A stretch of DNA of 64,000 nucleotides. Origin: Pelagomonas calceolata. Its lineage: Eukaryota. A program made the translations under genes and the position numbers. The DNA is taken from positions 496,001 to 560,000 of the forward strand of contig CAKKNE010000006.1 of assembly GCA_918797485.1 (NCBI GenBank), read 5' to 3'. This document shows positions 20,354-32,700 of this stretch, piece after piece (position 1 is the stretch's first letter; each line of letters begins with the position of its first letter). The notes beneath the pieces are model-generated. The model saw only the letters and a program-made list of their open reading frames with translations, had not been told where the DNA came from and did not search any database.

Positions 20354-21451
20354 ATGGCGACCACCTACCAGACGATCCCGACCGAGCCCACGACTGCCCC
20401 CGAGAAGTCGCGTCGAGGCGTCTTCTTCGGCGTCGCGGCGGCCGCCTTCGTCCTCGGCATGGTCGCCGCGACGGCCGTGAGCGCCGCGTCCAAGCCGACG
20501 GCCTTATTCAGTTTCAACAATAACGGACTGGGCCCATACGAAGTTCAATGCCCGAACTTGGAGACCGGGGGTTTTTGGCCCATCGGTGATGTTCGCTATG
20601 ACTGTGATCGTGATCAATCTTATATCAATTTCAACTGCCGTGAAGCGTGGGAGGCCTGCGAAGCAATAGAAGTACAGCGTGAGCGTCCGGACTGGTGGGG
20701 AACCTGCGACTGGATCGAATCGAACAGCAACACCGACGGCGAGCAAGAGGTATTTAACATCGACGGGACAAATCCGAGCTCTCCGTTGGAGTGCATCGCT
20801 CTTGTCAAGGAGCAGTACCCAGACGCAACGATCGCGAACGTCGACCACGGCTCGGGAGACGGCACCTGCTGGGCCCAATATGGTTCCACGCCGACGAAGG
20901 ACAATTTGGGCTGGAAGTCCTGCGTGCTCGCTTCCGTCCACGAACCTCAAGACCTCAAGTCCTTCCAGTTCGTCGACGCCGACGACACGCTCTATAAAGC
21001 AGTCAACTTTTGGATTTACTTTCGCGAGTCAGCCGAGGCGACGTACGGCCACATCAAGGACTGGGACACGTCCCATGTCACACACATGAGTGAATTGTTC
21101 ACGGATAATAATCATTTCAACGACGACATCAGCGCGTGGGACACGTCTCAAGTCACGACGATGAATTCGATGTTCGATGGTGCCTCGGCGTTCAACAAAC
21201 CGATCGGCAACTGGGACGTCTCCAAGGTGACGGATATGAATGGTATGTTCTACTTCGCCAAATCCTTCAACCAGGATCTCAGCGGATGGGACGTTGGAAA
21301 CGTCAATGATATAACCATAATGTTCGACGACGCCTCGGCCTTCGACCAGGACCTCGGCTGGTGCATGCAGAGCGACGTTCAGATGAACGACGACGGAACC
21401 CCGTCCTTTAACGCGAGATGCGGCATCCACGTCAAGGGCGTCGACTGCTAA
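20354..21451 (+). CDS. BspA-like/DUF285 repeat surface protein, type II membrane anchor
   Basis: Repeats WDTSHVTHMSELF, FNDDISAWDTSQVTTMNSMF, FNKPIGNWDVSKVTDM, FNQDLSGWDV; N-terminal TM; ATG at 20354. Confidence 0.85.
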   Translation: MATTYQTIPTEPTTAPEKSRRGVFFGVAAAAFVLGMVAATAVSAASKPTALFSFNNNGLGPYEVQCPNLETGGFWPIGDVRYDCDRDQSYINFNCREAWEACEAIEVQRERPDWWGTCDWIESNSNTDGEQEVFNIDGTNPSSPLECIALVKEQYPDATIANVDHGSGDGTCWAQYGSTPTKDNLGWKSCVLASVHEPQDLKSFQFVDADDTLYKAVNFWIYFRESAEATYGHIKDWDTSHVTHMSELFTDNNHFNDDISAWDTSQVTTMNSMFDGASAFNKPIGNWDVSKVTDMNGMFYFAKSFNQDLSGWDVGNVNDITIMFDDASAFDQDLGWCMQSDVQMNDDGTPSFNARCGIHVKGVDC

Positions 21452-21517
21452 ACACCGACGTGACGACGTCCAAAACCCCTCCCCTCCCTCCCTACCCCTG
21501 AATAACACAAACCAAAT

Positions 21518-24500
21518 TTATTTCTCTGCGGTCGCAGCATCAGTAGCCACGGCGACCGGCCGCAGGTCCTTCATAGACGTAGGCCGCGCGATGCTCATAG
21601 TTCCGCCCAGCAGCCCGAGCGGCTCGCCGCTAAACGACGCGTACGCGCGCAGCCCGTGCGAGGACCGCGCCCGCTTCTCCGTGTCGGCCTCCCGCCGCAC
21701 GTCCGCCACGCGCCGCCGCGCCGCCGCGACGGCCCGCAGCACCTTGTGCGACGGGCCGGGCGCCGGGAAGAGGGGCACGGCCGGATCGGGCAGTGCCGGA
21801 AGCTTCTTCCTCGTCCGCGTCGGCGAGGCGGGCGTCGGCGGCGCCGTCAGCGCGAGACGCGTGCCGTCCGGAGGTACTAAATCTAAAGCGTCCAAGCCCG
21901 ACGAAAGCGCGAGCGTCCTGCGTCGTCGCAATCCATCTATAACCGTGTCACAGGATAAGGGCGGCAGCTTGCCCAGGTGTTTCTCCCTATATCTATCACC
22001 GATCGACGTGAGCACGGGAACCATCTTGGGCGTCGTCCGCAGGAGCAACTCGCCGTAGGAGACACATTGCGGGTCCCGAGATCTTTTCCTGACGAGGGGC
22101 TCGACGGTCCTTAGTACAATCTCGTCCTCCTGGTCATCATCCGGAAATCTAGGTTCGAAGGGCGCGTAGACGATGTCGTTCAACCGTTGCTGTTCAGCGC
22201 GAATGTACTCCTCCTCCGCGTCGACGCTCTCCTCGTCCTCCTCTTCCACAACTTCTTCTGCGACAGGCAACCGTTGCAATGCCAACAAGGGCGCGATGGC
22301 CTGCTCGGCGTAGAAGCGCAGACAGTTATTGGCGACCTCCGCAGCTTCGAGTCGCTGCATCGCCTTGTGCACAGCTTTTTGAGCCTCCGCGTCCAGCCGA
22401 TCGAGCTCATCTTGGACCTTCTTTTGCGCGCGTTGTTTCCTTATCTGAACAAACAACGCCTCGACCCTGTCCACCTCAGCCTTATTAGCACGAACCCGAG
22501 CCGCCCGCTCGTCCTGGTGCTTCTTCCGGCGAGCCTCCTCTCGTCTTTGACGAGCCCGCTCCAAGCGCGCCTTGCGCTCCTCGGCCTCCCTGCGCGCTCG
22601 CTCTTCTTCTTCGAGCTGCTTCTGATACGCTCGATCTCTCGCCTCGTCGCCGTTGTCGAGGCCCGAGCCGACGCCTCTTGTTCTGTTAAGACCTTCGGAG
22701 TCCTCGAAACCTGTGCGGAATCAACCAGTGAGTCGCGTGATCGCCACGCCATCGAGCAGGCGTCGCGTCGATGGCGTTTCAGGACGCAGCTCGAAACCCT
22801 TCTCGACCTCCGTCAGCAGCACCTGCCGGTCCTCCTCGTAGAAGACTTGCGTGACGTCTCGTACAGCTTTGTGCGCATCGACCGTGACCGAAAAGGCACC
22901 GACCGCGTCGTACGTGACTTCGAGCTCAAGTAAAGCCTGTCGCATCAGTGCACTCCGTCGGTCCTCGTCGACCATGCCTTTACGAGAACCGCGCTGGCGC
23001 TTGCCCTCCTCGCGCGCCCATTTTTCATCCGTCCATTTCTTCGCCGCGTCGGCCTGCGCGGAAACGGTGTCGCGACGCGGCCGCGTCGACGGCGTCGCGG
23101 CGGCCGCGTCCACTTGAAGAACATATCAATGGACTCTGAGTCGCGTACCTGGAGCCTTCTCAGTAAATCTAATTCTCGCTGTAATCGGTCCGCCGAGTAC
23201 CACCGCAACATTTCATTGACGGACCACCGCTCGTCACTCGTTGAGGGATAGACTTGATACCGAATAGGAGGGGGTGGGGGTCTTGCGGGTACGGCCAGCG
23301 GTGGTAAACTCAGTATGAGGAACTGATTCTGATTGGAATCGGGCGTCGATCCGGGCAGGTCCCGGCAGGCTCGAAACCGTCTCTTACATAATTCGTTCTC
23401 CGCGGCTTTGGCCAGAAATACGGCACGCATTGGAGAAGCACCGTACCACCGCTTGAAGGCGTTCGAGCACTGATCGAGACCGGGAATGCCATCAGCCTCC
23501 GCTTTATCTAAGACGTCTTGGTCCTCGTGGGCTCTCTTACACTCAAACTCGGTGAAGACGCGATTCCGCGTCTCGGCATCGGTCGAGTACCACTTGACAA
23601 ATACCTCGACTCTGGATAAACGTTCAGGCGTCTCGAAATCTTCCGGTTCTGGTACTTGAATCATCTGCTCCAAGGCCGAACCGACGACATCGGGCAGCAA
23701 GCACGCGAGCCGTAGTTCATTGTTCCGCGACGTAGAATCAAGGGAATCCCACAAAGGCGCCGTAGGTTCGCCCTTGTCTTCCCGGTTCTCCAGCGAGTCG
23801 AGCGCCATCTGGTCCGCCCGCTTGATGACGACGTCCTCGTCGAAGTCGCCAAACAGCTCGATGTCGTCCGGGTCCGGCAATTCATCATCTTGCGTTGCTC
23901 TCTGGATCTTCTTCTCCTTCGCGCCCCTCTGCATGCGCAGCATGGTCATGATCATGCGCACGTAGACGCGCAGGTGCTTTCTTTTCGGGGGCACGTAGTT
24001 GGCCAGCGCTTCCTCGATCTTGCCCTTGACCTGCGCGGATTCATCCCGTCACGGCTCACTCTCTGATGATCATGACGACGGCGTCGCGGCGACGGCGTCG
24101 TAATTCCCACGCAGAATCACGGACCTCGTCGACCTTGTTGGCTCTGCCTCCCAAGAATGCTGTGCGCGCTTTCAGGCGCGCCGCAGCAGCAGCTAGGCGC
24201 GCCTGGACGCGCAGCGCCTTCGCGGCGGCGTCCTTCTTGCGCTTCGGCGTACTGACACGCGTCGTGTGCGTCCGCGTGGGAGAAACCGCTTCAGAGCCGG
24301 AGGGCGACTTGACGGCTTCAGGGACGGCCTCGGCCACAACCACGGTCTCCGGCTTCGCCTCGACCACCTTGGCCACGGGCGCCGGCAGTGGTTTCAGAGC
24401 GGCGACCTCCACCACCCCGTCGTTGGGCTTGCTCGAAGCTTTAAATGAGGCCTTGTGCGCGGCCTCCTTCTTCGCCTGGGCCCGACCGCCTCTGACGAAC

Positions 24501-27500
24501 GGGACAGCTTCTTCCTCCTCTTCAGACTCTTCGGCTGCCGCGAACAGGTCGTCAAACCCTTCATCCTCGAATTCCTCGCTGTCCGAGTCGTCGCAGGCCC
24601 CGGAGTACCACTTCTGGAACTTCTCGACCCGCGCAGCAGCTTCGGGGTCGCTCTTGGCCTTCTCGAAATCTTCCTTCGACGGTGGCGTGACGCCCTCGGC
24701 GGCGGCCGCTTCTTGCATGTTAGATTGTGTTGCGGCAAACATCATCTCCCTCTCGAGGAACTCCTTCCGCACCTGACCGGACCGGGGCCACCAGTGCTCC
24801 CAGGCGTCCCATCGTTTCTTGGCCGCCGGATTTCTCTCTCTGATAATTGGCTTCCAGTCATCTGGTTTACAGAGTTCTAATCCAGCTTCCTCAATAGCTG
24901 CCTTGACGAGCTTGTCCTTCAAAGCGGCGTTCAGCTCCGTCTGCCGCGCCTCCGGGGACAGGTCGGCCCAGCCAATACCTATTTCGTTCTCCGCTAGTGC
25001 ACCTACTTGTGGTAGCGGTGGCGTCGTGAAGGCGATTCGTGATGCCACCAGGAGCTCCCTAGCCTTGTCTTGGAGGTTCTTGCAGAGCTTGGGTCGAGAG
25101 TCGTCCGGTGGGACTTCCGTCACGATAGCGTAAGCTACATAATCCTTATCTGGCTGTAACCCTTCCAAATCAACGGCGTCGTCAGTCGCGACGACGCCGT
25201 CTGATAGTACTTCATCGTAGGCCGGCGGCGGATCCGAGACTAGTGCAGCTTTCACATAAACTTGCAAGGCACACCGCCCCTCCGGTAACCGCCGCGCTTG
25301 CCTTAGCACATCCTTTGACTCTGCTAACTCTTCGGCATCCGACGTACGTTCATAAGCCACTCTCAGCTTCACGAGGACGACGTGAGACACCTCCGGAGGG
25401 TCCTCACTCAGGACGACCTCCTCGCAGCTATTGTTGAGAACTGAAATGGCCGTGACCGAGGGACCCAGCCTCGAACGGATGAACTCGCAATCGAGCAACC
25501 GAGCGAACACGATGAAATCCCGATAATTGCCCCGGTCGCCGCCGTGCTTGCAGCGGTGCGCCTGCTTGTACAAGTCCCGGACCGCACCCTTGTCGACACC
25601 TAATGCGGTACCATTGGCCGCTACAGGCCACTGCATCAGTCTAGGAAAGGGCAGTAATCTTTTTTTGTCGTTTGGTGGTAATAGCGAATTAAAAATCTCG
25701 TACAGCCCCAGATCGTACTCATCTAGCGAAGCCCGCTCGGCGGCGAGGGGGTCCTCCGGTTCTGCCGCTTCCTCCTCGTCGGCCTCGAGCTGCGCGCGTC
25801 TCGCAGCTTCTTCGCGTAACCGCTCGGCCTCCAGTCGACGCGCCTCCTCCTCCTCCTCCTGTTGTAAACGCTTGAGTTCCGCCTCATGCCTCGCTCGAGC
25901 GCGAGCCTCGAGTTCGGCTAACCGTCTCCGTCTCTCATATTCTTCATCAGAAACCCCGTCCTCGAAGACGAAGCCCCAGTGCCGGCCCCTGATACCTTTT
26001 ATCGGCTCATTATTCTTCTCCTCCAGCCTTCGACGTTTCTCGGCCATGAGCTCCCGAATTTCCTCGGCTTCCAATCCGCCCAGAGGCATCTGGCCGAGGC
26101 TGACCGCCTCCTTCTTCCTCGCCTTGAGGAGGGCCCAGCCCTTGGGCTTGACCTTCTTCTTGCGGAAGACTAACGATAAATCCTCAGCTTCGACCGGTGT
26201 GGGCGACTTCGGGCGTTTCCTCACGTCTCGGATGCCCCTCATGGCCTTGCGAGCTCGCTCCTTTCCTTTCATAGCGTGCTTGTCGGTCAACGACGACGTG
26301 AACTTCATGGTCGTGAGCTTGTCGTCCGTAATCGCGGGGCAGGATTGCGAAGGAGCGACGTTCGACGTGATGTACGGCGGCCGCCACGCCGACTCGTCCG
26401 CGTCCGCGCCGTAGATGAGGGCCAATTTCCGGCGCCGCTCCAACTCGTCGTGATCCAACGGTTCCTCGTCAATCGACGGCGGCGCCCAGTCCTCGATAGC
26501 TGTCACGTCAATAGGTCCCTCCAAAGCACCTTTGGGCGGCGTCGACGCCGGCATGAGATTCGCGTGTCTACTCACGTGTTCCTTCGTGTGCGGTTGGAGC
26601 CGCGGATCGTCGGCCGGCAAGGGCCCGAGCTTCTTCTCCTTGAGGATCTGTTGTCGGTAGGCGCTCGTGCCGGGCAAAGAAGGTGCCACTGGTTTATCGA
26701 CGGTTTTCAACTGTCTACCAGTGGTATCCGAGGGCGCTACGGGTACGATGGTAGCGGACGGAGAACAGGGCTGGGTCGGGGGCCGCTCTTCCTCTTCAAT
26801 GGCAGTGCCGGGCCGAGCAGTAGCCTTGTTCTCAAGGTGGGCCGGATACGCCTGTCTAGGCCCCCGATCCGCCGTATGCTGCACAATATGCGAGGGAATC
26901 TCCGGATTGTGCGTAGGCCCTTTGCCGAAATACGTAATCAGTAGATTCGGCGTCCGCGGTTGCCTCTTCACGGATTCTTTGTGGAAGACCCGCTTCTCCA
27001 CCGGAGGAGGTGGCGTCCCGGGCGGCTTCACGGAGCCCTCCTTGCCGCCCAGGATGATGGCCCTTGACTTACTCTCGCCAATTTCCACATCGCACCCGCG
27101 GAAATTGTGAGTCGTAAAGTGCTGGTCGTGGTCGACGTCCGGTAGCTTCTGGCGTAATGGTGTCGGTGGTCGTTGCGGTATGATGGCATACATCCCAATG
27201 CGGCCGAAGACGTCGCGTCGTCGCCGCTGCACGATCATTGAAGACGTAGACGCGTAGGAGCCAACAAAGCGCCATAAATCAGGGTCGCCGCCCTTCAACG
27301 GCGGTAAAATGACTAGTGAGGACGGTGCCCGACTCACCGGAAACCTCTCGCGAGCTTGTAAACCGTGCTCGTCAAGCACCCACCTTACTATGGATTCGGC
27401 CGACGCCGTCAGTAGCGAGTAGGCTTGGCCACCCTTGGAGGACGCTATACATGTAACAGAAGATGCATGGCACGTCTGCGTCATAGTCCTGACGGATTCA

Positions 27501-29275
27501 TCCTGACCAGGTAGTACCCACACTTCTAGAGAGCCAGTAGCACTTCCGATAACAATCTCACCCACTAGACCTTTCCGCGGCTCTAGTACAGCAGCACAAC
27601 CACATGCAGACGCATCAAACCGTCCCACCAGCGGAAAGCGCATGTCTCCTTCATCTTCATCCAATATTGACGATAAGTCCCACAACCGGCACTCGCCATC
27701 TCTCGACAGAACGAGAACCTGCGTCCCGATGGCCTCCGCCAGGAGGATGGGCGCGCCGTGCTGCGGCAGGTGGAAATCAGGCTGAGAACCTATTTCCGCC
27801 GACCAGCCGCAGATCTCGCCTGAACCGTACGCCGCCAAAAAGACCTCGCGCTGGTCGTCGCCCGCAATATTATCGATCAGAAAAGACGTGCACGCCGCGA
27901 CGTACGACGCCCTACCAAGCAGTTTTCGGGGTTCGCGGCCTCGCCCTCGCGAGTGGGGCGTGATGATCTCGAGATCTCCGTCCTCAAATCCAACGAGCCA
28001 GCCCGGCTCACTATCGCCAAAGGCCTTGAGCAAGACTCGGGCGATGGCCGACGGTACTCTTGTTAGTGGTCCTGCGGCGTCGTCGCCGTCCAGGTAATTC
28101 TTTGATAGAGTGATCAAGGTATCCTCGGAAGATTGGAGTTGTACTATCTCCTCAGACACTTCTACGCGTCGCTCGGAGTACGGTTCATGCGTGAGACCAC
28201 AGATGACTGCCTTGCCCGCACAGACGACGACGCGAGACTTGTATCCGAACACCTTCATAAAACCATCGCCGGAGATGGGTAGGAGTTGCGGCACGCGCGC
28301 GCACAGCACAGCTACACAACCGTCCTGCGAGACGTGCCAGCCTCTCACTGTTCCTGATGAATCACCGACAAGTAACAAACAGCAGTCCTCGGATTCGGCG
28401 TCGCACAAAGTCGAGGTCAGGGGCGCGTAATTGCGGTGGTCGACCTTGGTCCGGGCCTCGGCCTGGTGGGCTCCATCTAAAAACCACAATCTTGTACAAG
28501 TGCGGCGCATGGTCGCTTGTCTCATTTTTCGTCGCTCTTTGTCGGATTTCGGTTCGGACTTGGGCGTCGGTCTTTCCAGAGCAGCGAAGCATCGACTGGG
28601 CGCATGTAAGTGCGCCCGGAACAGCTCCGACGAAGCCATAGGCCCATTGAGCTTGGCACCGGCAGCTAATGATTGCCCGGTATAGGCGTCCCAGCACCAG
28701 TAGTCGCCCTTCGCACTGAGGGCTACGAGGACGCCGGCGTCGTCCGAAGCACATAACGCGGTAATCACAGCATTTTTATCGACCTTGATCTCCAGGCGCT
28801 GGGGAGCTTTCACATCTCTCTGGTCAAAGCCTCTCAGTGAATGACACCGGACCGCTCCTGGGTGTGCTGATATCAACTCGCCGAGACCGCCATGTATAGT
28901 ACAAGCCGTCGGCCTCGAATCGAGTACGAGTAACGGGTAGTGATGGATCTTATCGTCTCCAATATAAGCGTGGACTTCGCGTTCCTCTTCAAAAACAGCT
29001 ACGAAGCAGCCCTTCTTTCTCGGCACATGTAACAGTGAGGACGGTACTATCTGGCCGATGGTCCGTTTCGTCGCTAGAGCTTCGCACTTCGATGGACGTT
29101 GGATGTCGTCTTTCAAAGGCCACCTCCATAAAGTGAGTAAACCCTTGGCGTCGCAGGCCAGCGCGAGGTCGTGGGCGGCGTCGAGGGCCGCGGCGGCGCA
29201 TTTCGCGTCGTCCCATCGCGCGCTGGCTTCGACCTGCAGGGCCCAGGACGACGCGTAGGTGATCGGAGGAGCCAT
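21518..29275 (-). CDS. Very large (~2,490 aa) protein: N-terminal beta-propeller-like region, coiled coils and repeated F-x-(K/R)-W-Y motifs (4 exons: 29275-24125, 24030-23149, 23053-22798, 22710-21518)
   Basis: Four minus-strand ORFs join in frame via three introns (7482 nt total); WD-like motifs (GDSSGTVRGW, SRDGECRLWD, SATGSLEVW); the donor of the middle intron is uncertain. Confidence 0.7.
22711..22797 (-). mobile_element. Young introner intron with a perfect 8-bp TSD
   Basis: TSD CTCGAAAC at 22703-22710 and 22790-22797; element runs CTG...CAG; shares ACGCCATCGACGCGACGCCTGCTCGATGGCGTGGC and GACTCACTGGTTGATT with the DDX54 intron; contains an in-frame stop. Confidence 0.92.
23054..23148 (-). 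other. Intron with an introner-like 3' end
   Basis: CAG|GTACGC donor, TTTCCGCGCAG acceptor, internal ACGCCGTCGACGCG; the only sensible phase-0 GT/GC donor. Confidence 0.55.
24031..24124 (-). mobile_element. Introner-derived GT-AG intron
   Basis: GAG|GTCCGTGATT-CTGCGTGGGAATT ... GAATCCGCGCAG|GTC; TIR-like ends; TCATGATCATCAGAGAGT shared with intron 7281-7443. Confidence 0.85.
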
Positions 29276-29753
29276 GCGGGCTCGGCGCTGGCTGCCCCAG
29301 GCAGGCTGCCCACTCTATGGGGTAGCGCCACCCTTGGTGCTGCTCAGCACGGCTGGCTGTCCAGCCCGTCTCGTGGACCTACGAAAGGCGTGCCCCCTTC
29401 ACTTCTGCCCGCGAGGGCAAGCCGGGACGCCGCGTCTCGCAGCCCAGCGCCGAGGCGCTACCGCAATCGCCACTAGCCGGGTTTTGGCGGTTGGCTTCGC
29501 GAACCCTGGCCCGAGGCGTCGCCTTGACCTTTCTAAGAGCCGGAAAATACCAGTCACTGGCAAAACTGGAGGAACCCGTACTCGACGTTGGTCTAACAGG
29601 ACAGGCTGCGAAGGGCGCCTCGCACGCACGCTACGCGTCAAGGTTGCACAGGACGCAGCCCCGCGACGCCTCTACCGATAGACCAGCAGCCCGCGCTCGA
29701 AGGGCTGCGGCGCAGAGGCCCGGTACGTAAGACCACAACCGACGAAGCCAATC

Positions 29754-32700
29754 ATGGCCTTGGTCCTGCACAACGCCGCCGAGGCGGCGAAGCGCCAGCC
29801 GAACAAGCGCAAGACGCCCGTGCCCACGGTCCCCGGCGGCGAAGTACTCATCGAAGTGCAACCGACCGACGCGGGCCGCGAAGCTCTGCAGCGCCTCCAC
29901 AAAGCGTCAAATGCGCCGTCCCTCGTCACACTGGCGGCGCACTTCCCGCCCTCGTCGGCGCCTTGTTCCACGAGAGACGCTCGGTTAGTGGCGGACGCCG
30001 CTAAAGCATTGTGTAGAGGTGCTACGGCGACCCATCTACGAGGCCTCGAGGTGAGTGGCCAAGTACCTTCGCAGTGTGTGGATGCGGTCCTATCAACACT
30101 ATCCCTGCAACCGAAGCAAAGCGTGTCGTGCGGGCTGCGCTACGTGACCCTGGAAAGCCTCGCGCTCTCCGCCGAGTCGACGAGATTACTATGTGGCTCT
30201 CTCGGAAAGTGTCCCGCGTCCATCATCTCGTTGCGACGATGCGGTCTCGACGATTCATGTGCCATTCACGTCGCCAATTTGATAAGAGCGCACGCGTGCC
30301 AGCGCGACGAGTCCGCGTGGGCGCGCGGCTTACGACTCGATGCCTCGAAACGGCGCCTGCCCGGCGAGGGCGGGTTGCGAGCGTTTGACCTGACCCACAA
30401 TTGTCTGGGAGATGCGTTGTGCGACCACGTGGCTTCCGCGCTGTCGGCGGACCAACACCTGTTGGCATTGAATTTGAGTCACAACCGCGTCACAGCTAAA
30501 GGAGCGCAACATTTCGCTTCCGTGTTGGTGGATGCTCCGTCCGAGGGCAACGCCTTGCTGTGGTTGGGTCTGGAAGGCTGCAAAGGGTTTCTGAGTGACG
30601 CCTACGCACAAACCTCGAAGGCACTCGAACAGAGGAGAGAGAAGGAGTCAACTAGTAGTATGGCCGAGGCCGACGCGGCAGCAAGGCAATTAATAGAGTG
30701 CTGGCTACGGGATGCCACGACCACACCCCCGACGGAACTGCTCATAGCGAACAGCCAGAAGCCGCCCTCGCCAGACGACGCAGCGGCGGAGCTCTTCGCG
30801 AGACGCGTGGGCACGCACGCCCCTTCTCAAAGATTCCGGAGCCCGGAGGAACTTGATGCTTGCTTGAGAGGTGTCCGCGTCGACGTCGCGGATGCCAGAG
30901 AACTGCGAGCAGCAGACGCGGCGGTACGTAGAGCCGCGAAAGCTTTGCGGCGAGATTCCGATTGTGATGAATGGGCCGCCTCCTTAGCTTCGTCGGACGG
31001 CTGCGTGTCGAGTGCCGCTGTTTTATCTGGACTGAGAGTACTACTGGCAGGAAGCCCGCAAGCGTTGATCGACGCGGCGGCGCGTCGACTGGACGCCTTG
31101 GCGGGGCAAGCTCCCGGCGTGCGCGTGCCTGCGACGGAGTACGGGCAAGCGTTGCGGGAGGCCGCGGAGCATTCGGGTGATCAGCACGCGGCCGCTCGCG
31201 ACGACGCCGTCGGTGCTGTTCTCGACGCTATCGATGCGTACGTCAAGACGAAGGGACGCGTGGGGCTGTTCCAGGACATCGCTGGGAAGAAGCGTAGCGC
31301 GTCGGTGGCCGACCTGCGGGACTTTTTGAGTCGGGAAGGCCTCGGGACGGTGACAATCGAGGCGGCGACCGATCAACAAGATGAGTTGAACTTCGTGTCT
31401 TCGTCTCGAGCGCGGCGCGGGACGAAGCAGTCCGCGAAGAAGGCAAGACTCCCGCGCGACGCGGAACAGGGCGACCTGGCCTCGTACTTGGTGGCGTTGG
31501 CCGGTGCGCCTAAAAGGTTGACAGCGACGCAACTGGGAGCTGCCTTGATCGATGCGAAACGTAGAGCCTCGCGAGCGTTGGAAGTTGCGTCGCAAGCGTT
31601 GGCTGTGAGAGGCGTCGCAACTTCCTTACAAGTTGACCTGGAGGAGTGGAGCCGCGCCCTGGACCCGGACGTGACGGGCAAAGTGTCCAAGGCGACCCTC
31701 ATCGAAAGTCTCATGTCAAGTCAGCCGGCCCTGCAAGCGGCCGGCGACCCGGCGAAGCTCGCGGCATCTTTACAGGCCGACGCCATCCTCGCCTTCGCCG
31801 GCTGCGACGAGGCGGACTGCCAAGTTGATGACGTCTGTCGCGTGCTGACGGAGAGTGGTGATGTCGGTGCCAAGGCTCTCAGACGAGTCGCCCACGGCGC
31901 CGGCGCCTGTAGCGTGCTCGAACATGCTCGCAAGAACCGCTGGACCATCTCGACATTGACAAGGCAACTGCGAGGCAAGAAGGACGCCGCGCGCGCGCCG
32001 CCGGGCTGCACTCGCAACGAACTGAGGTCGGCTCTACGACGGTGGGGTCTGACGACCCAGGAAGAGAACTGCGTCGACCGGTTCCGGGAGATGACTACCA
32101 GAAAACCTATAATCGTGCCGCCTTCACCCAAGAAAACTGTCCAGAAAAAGAAGGAACCGACTGTTTCCAATAAGAAAGTAACAGTGCTGTCGCTGGCGGA
32201 CGTGTTGACCTTTGCTCGCAGAGTCGCTGACGACGACGCTGCTGCCGTGTCTTCCACTCGCTTAGATGATGCGGTCCGACGATCGAGGAGACGAGCAGCC
32301 ACGGCCGCGAAGTTACGCGAAGGCGCGTCCGACTTGGAGGCTCTACGAGCCGAGTTACGGGACCGCGGCGTCGAACTAGATGCCTGGCTCGAAGCCGCTG
32401 AACGAGTAGTCCCTTTATCCGGTGAATTGCATCCTTCCGGGACTCTCTCCGCACCCGCGGCTCTATCCGCGGCGGACCTAGCTACTGGACTGAGCGGCTT
32501 GATGCGCGTCAGCGAAGCCCCGGCCGCGGCCCGGGACGCCCTGACGTCCATCGTCGACCGCGCGGTTCATGCTCTTGCGGCCTATGCGCGCGAGCCGAGC
32601 GACTTCCCGGCTCTTGAGTTGCGAGAGTTGCGCGCGGCGAACGCGCGAGCGGCGGCCGTGGCCAAACGAGCCCGAGACGACGACAAGGTCTCGGACGCGA

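Noticed and set aside
23054..23113. Shorter intron using the TSD-like GTGGACGC donor at 23113
   Set aside because: It is phase 2 and leads into a frame that stops at 22945; the upstream GTACGC donor keeps the plausible frame, though this remains unverified
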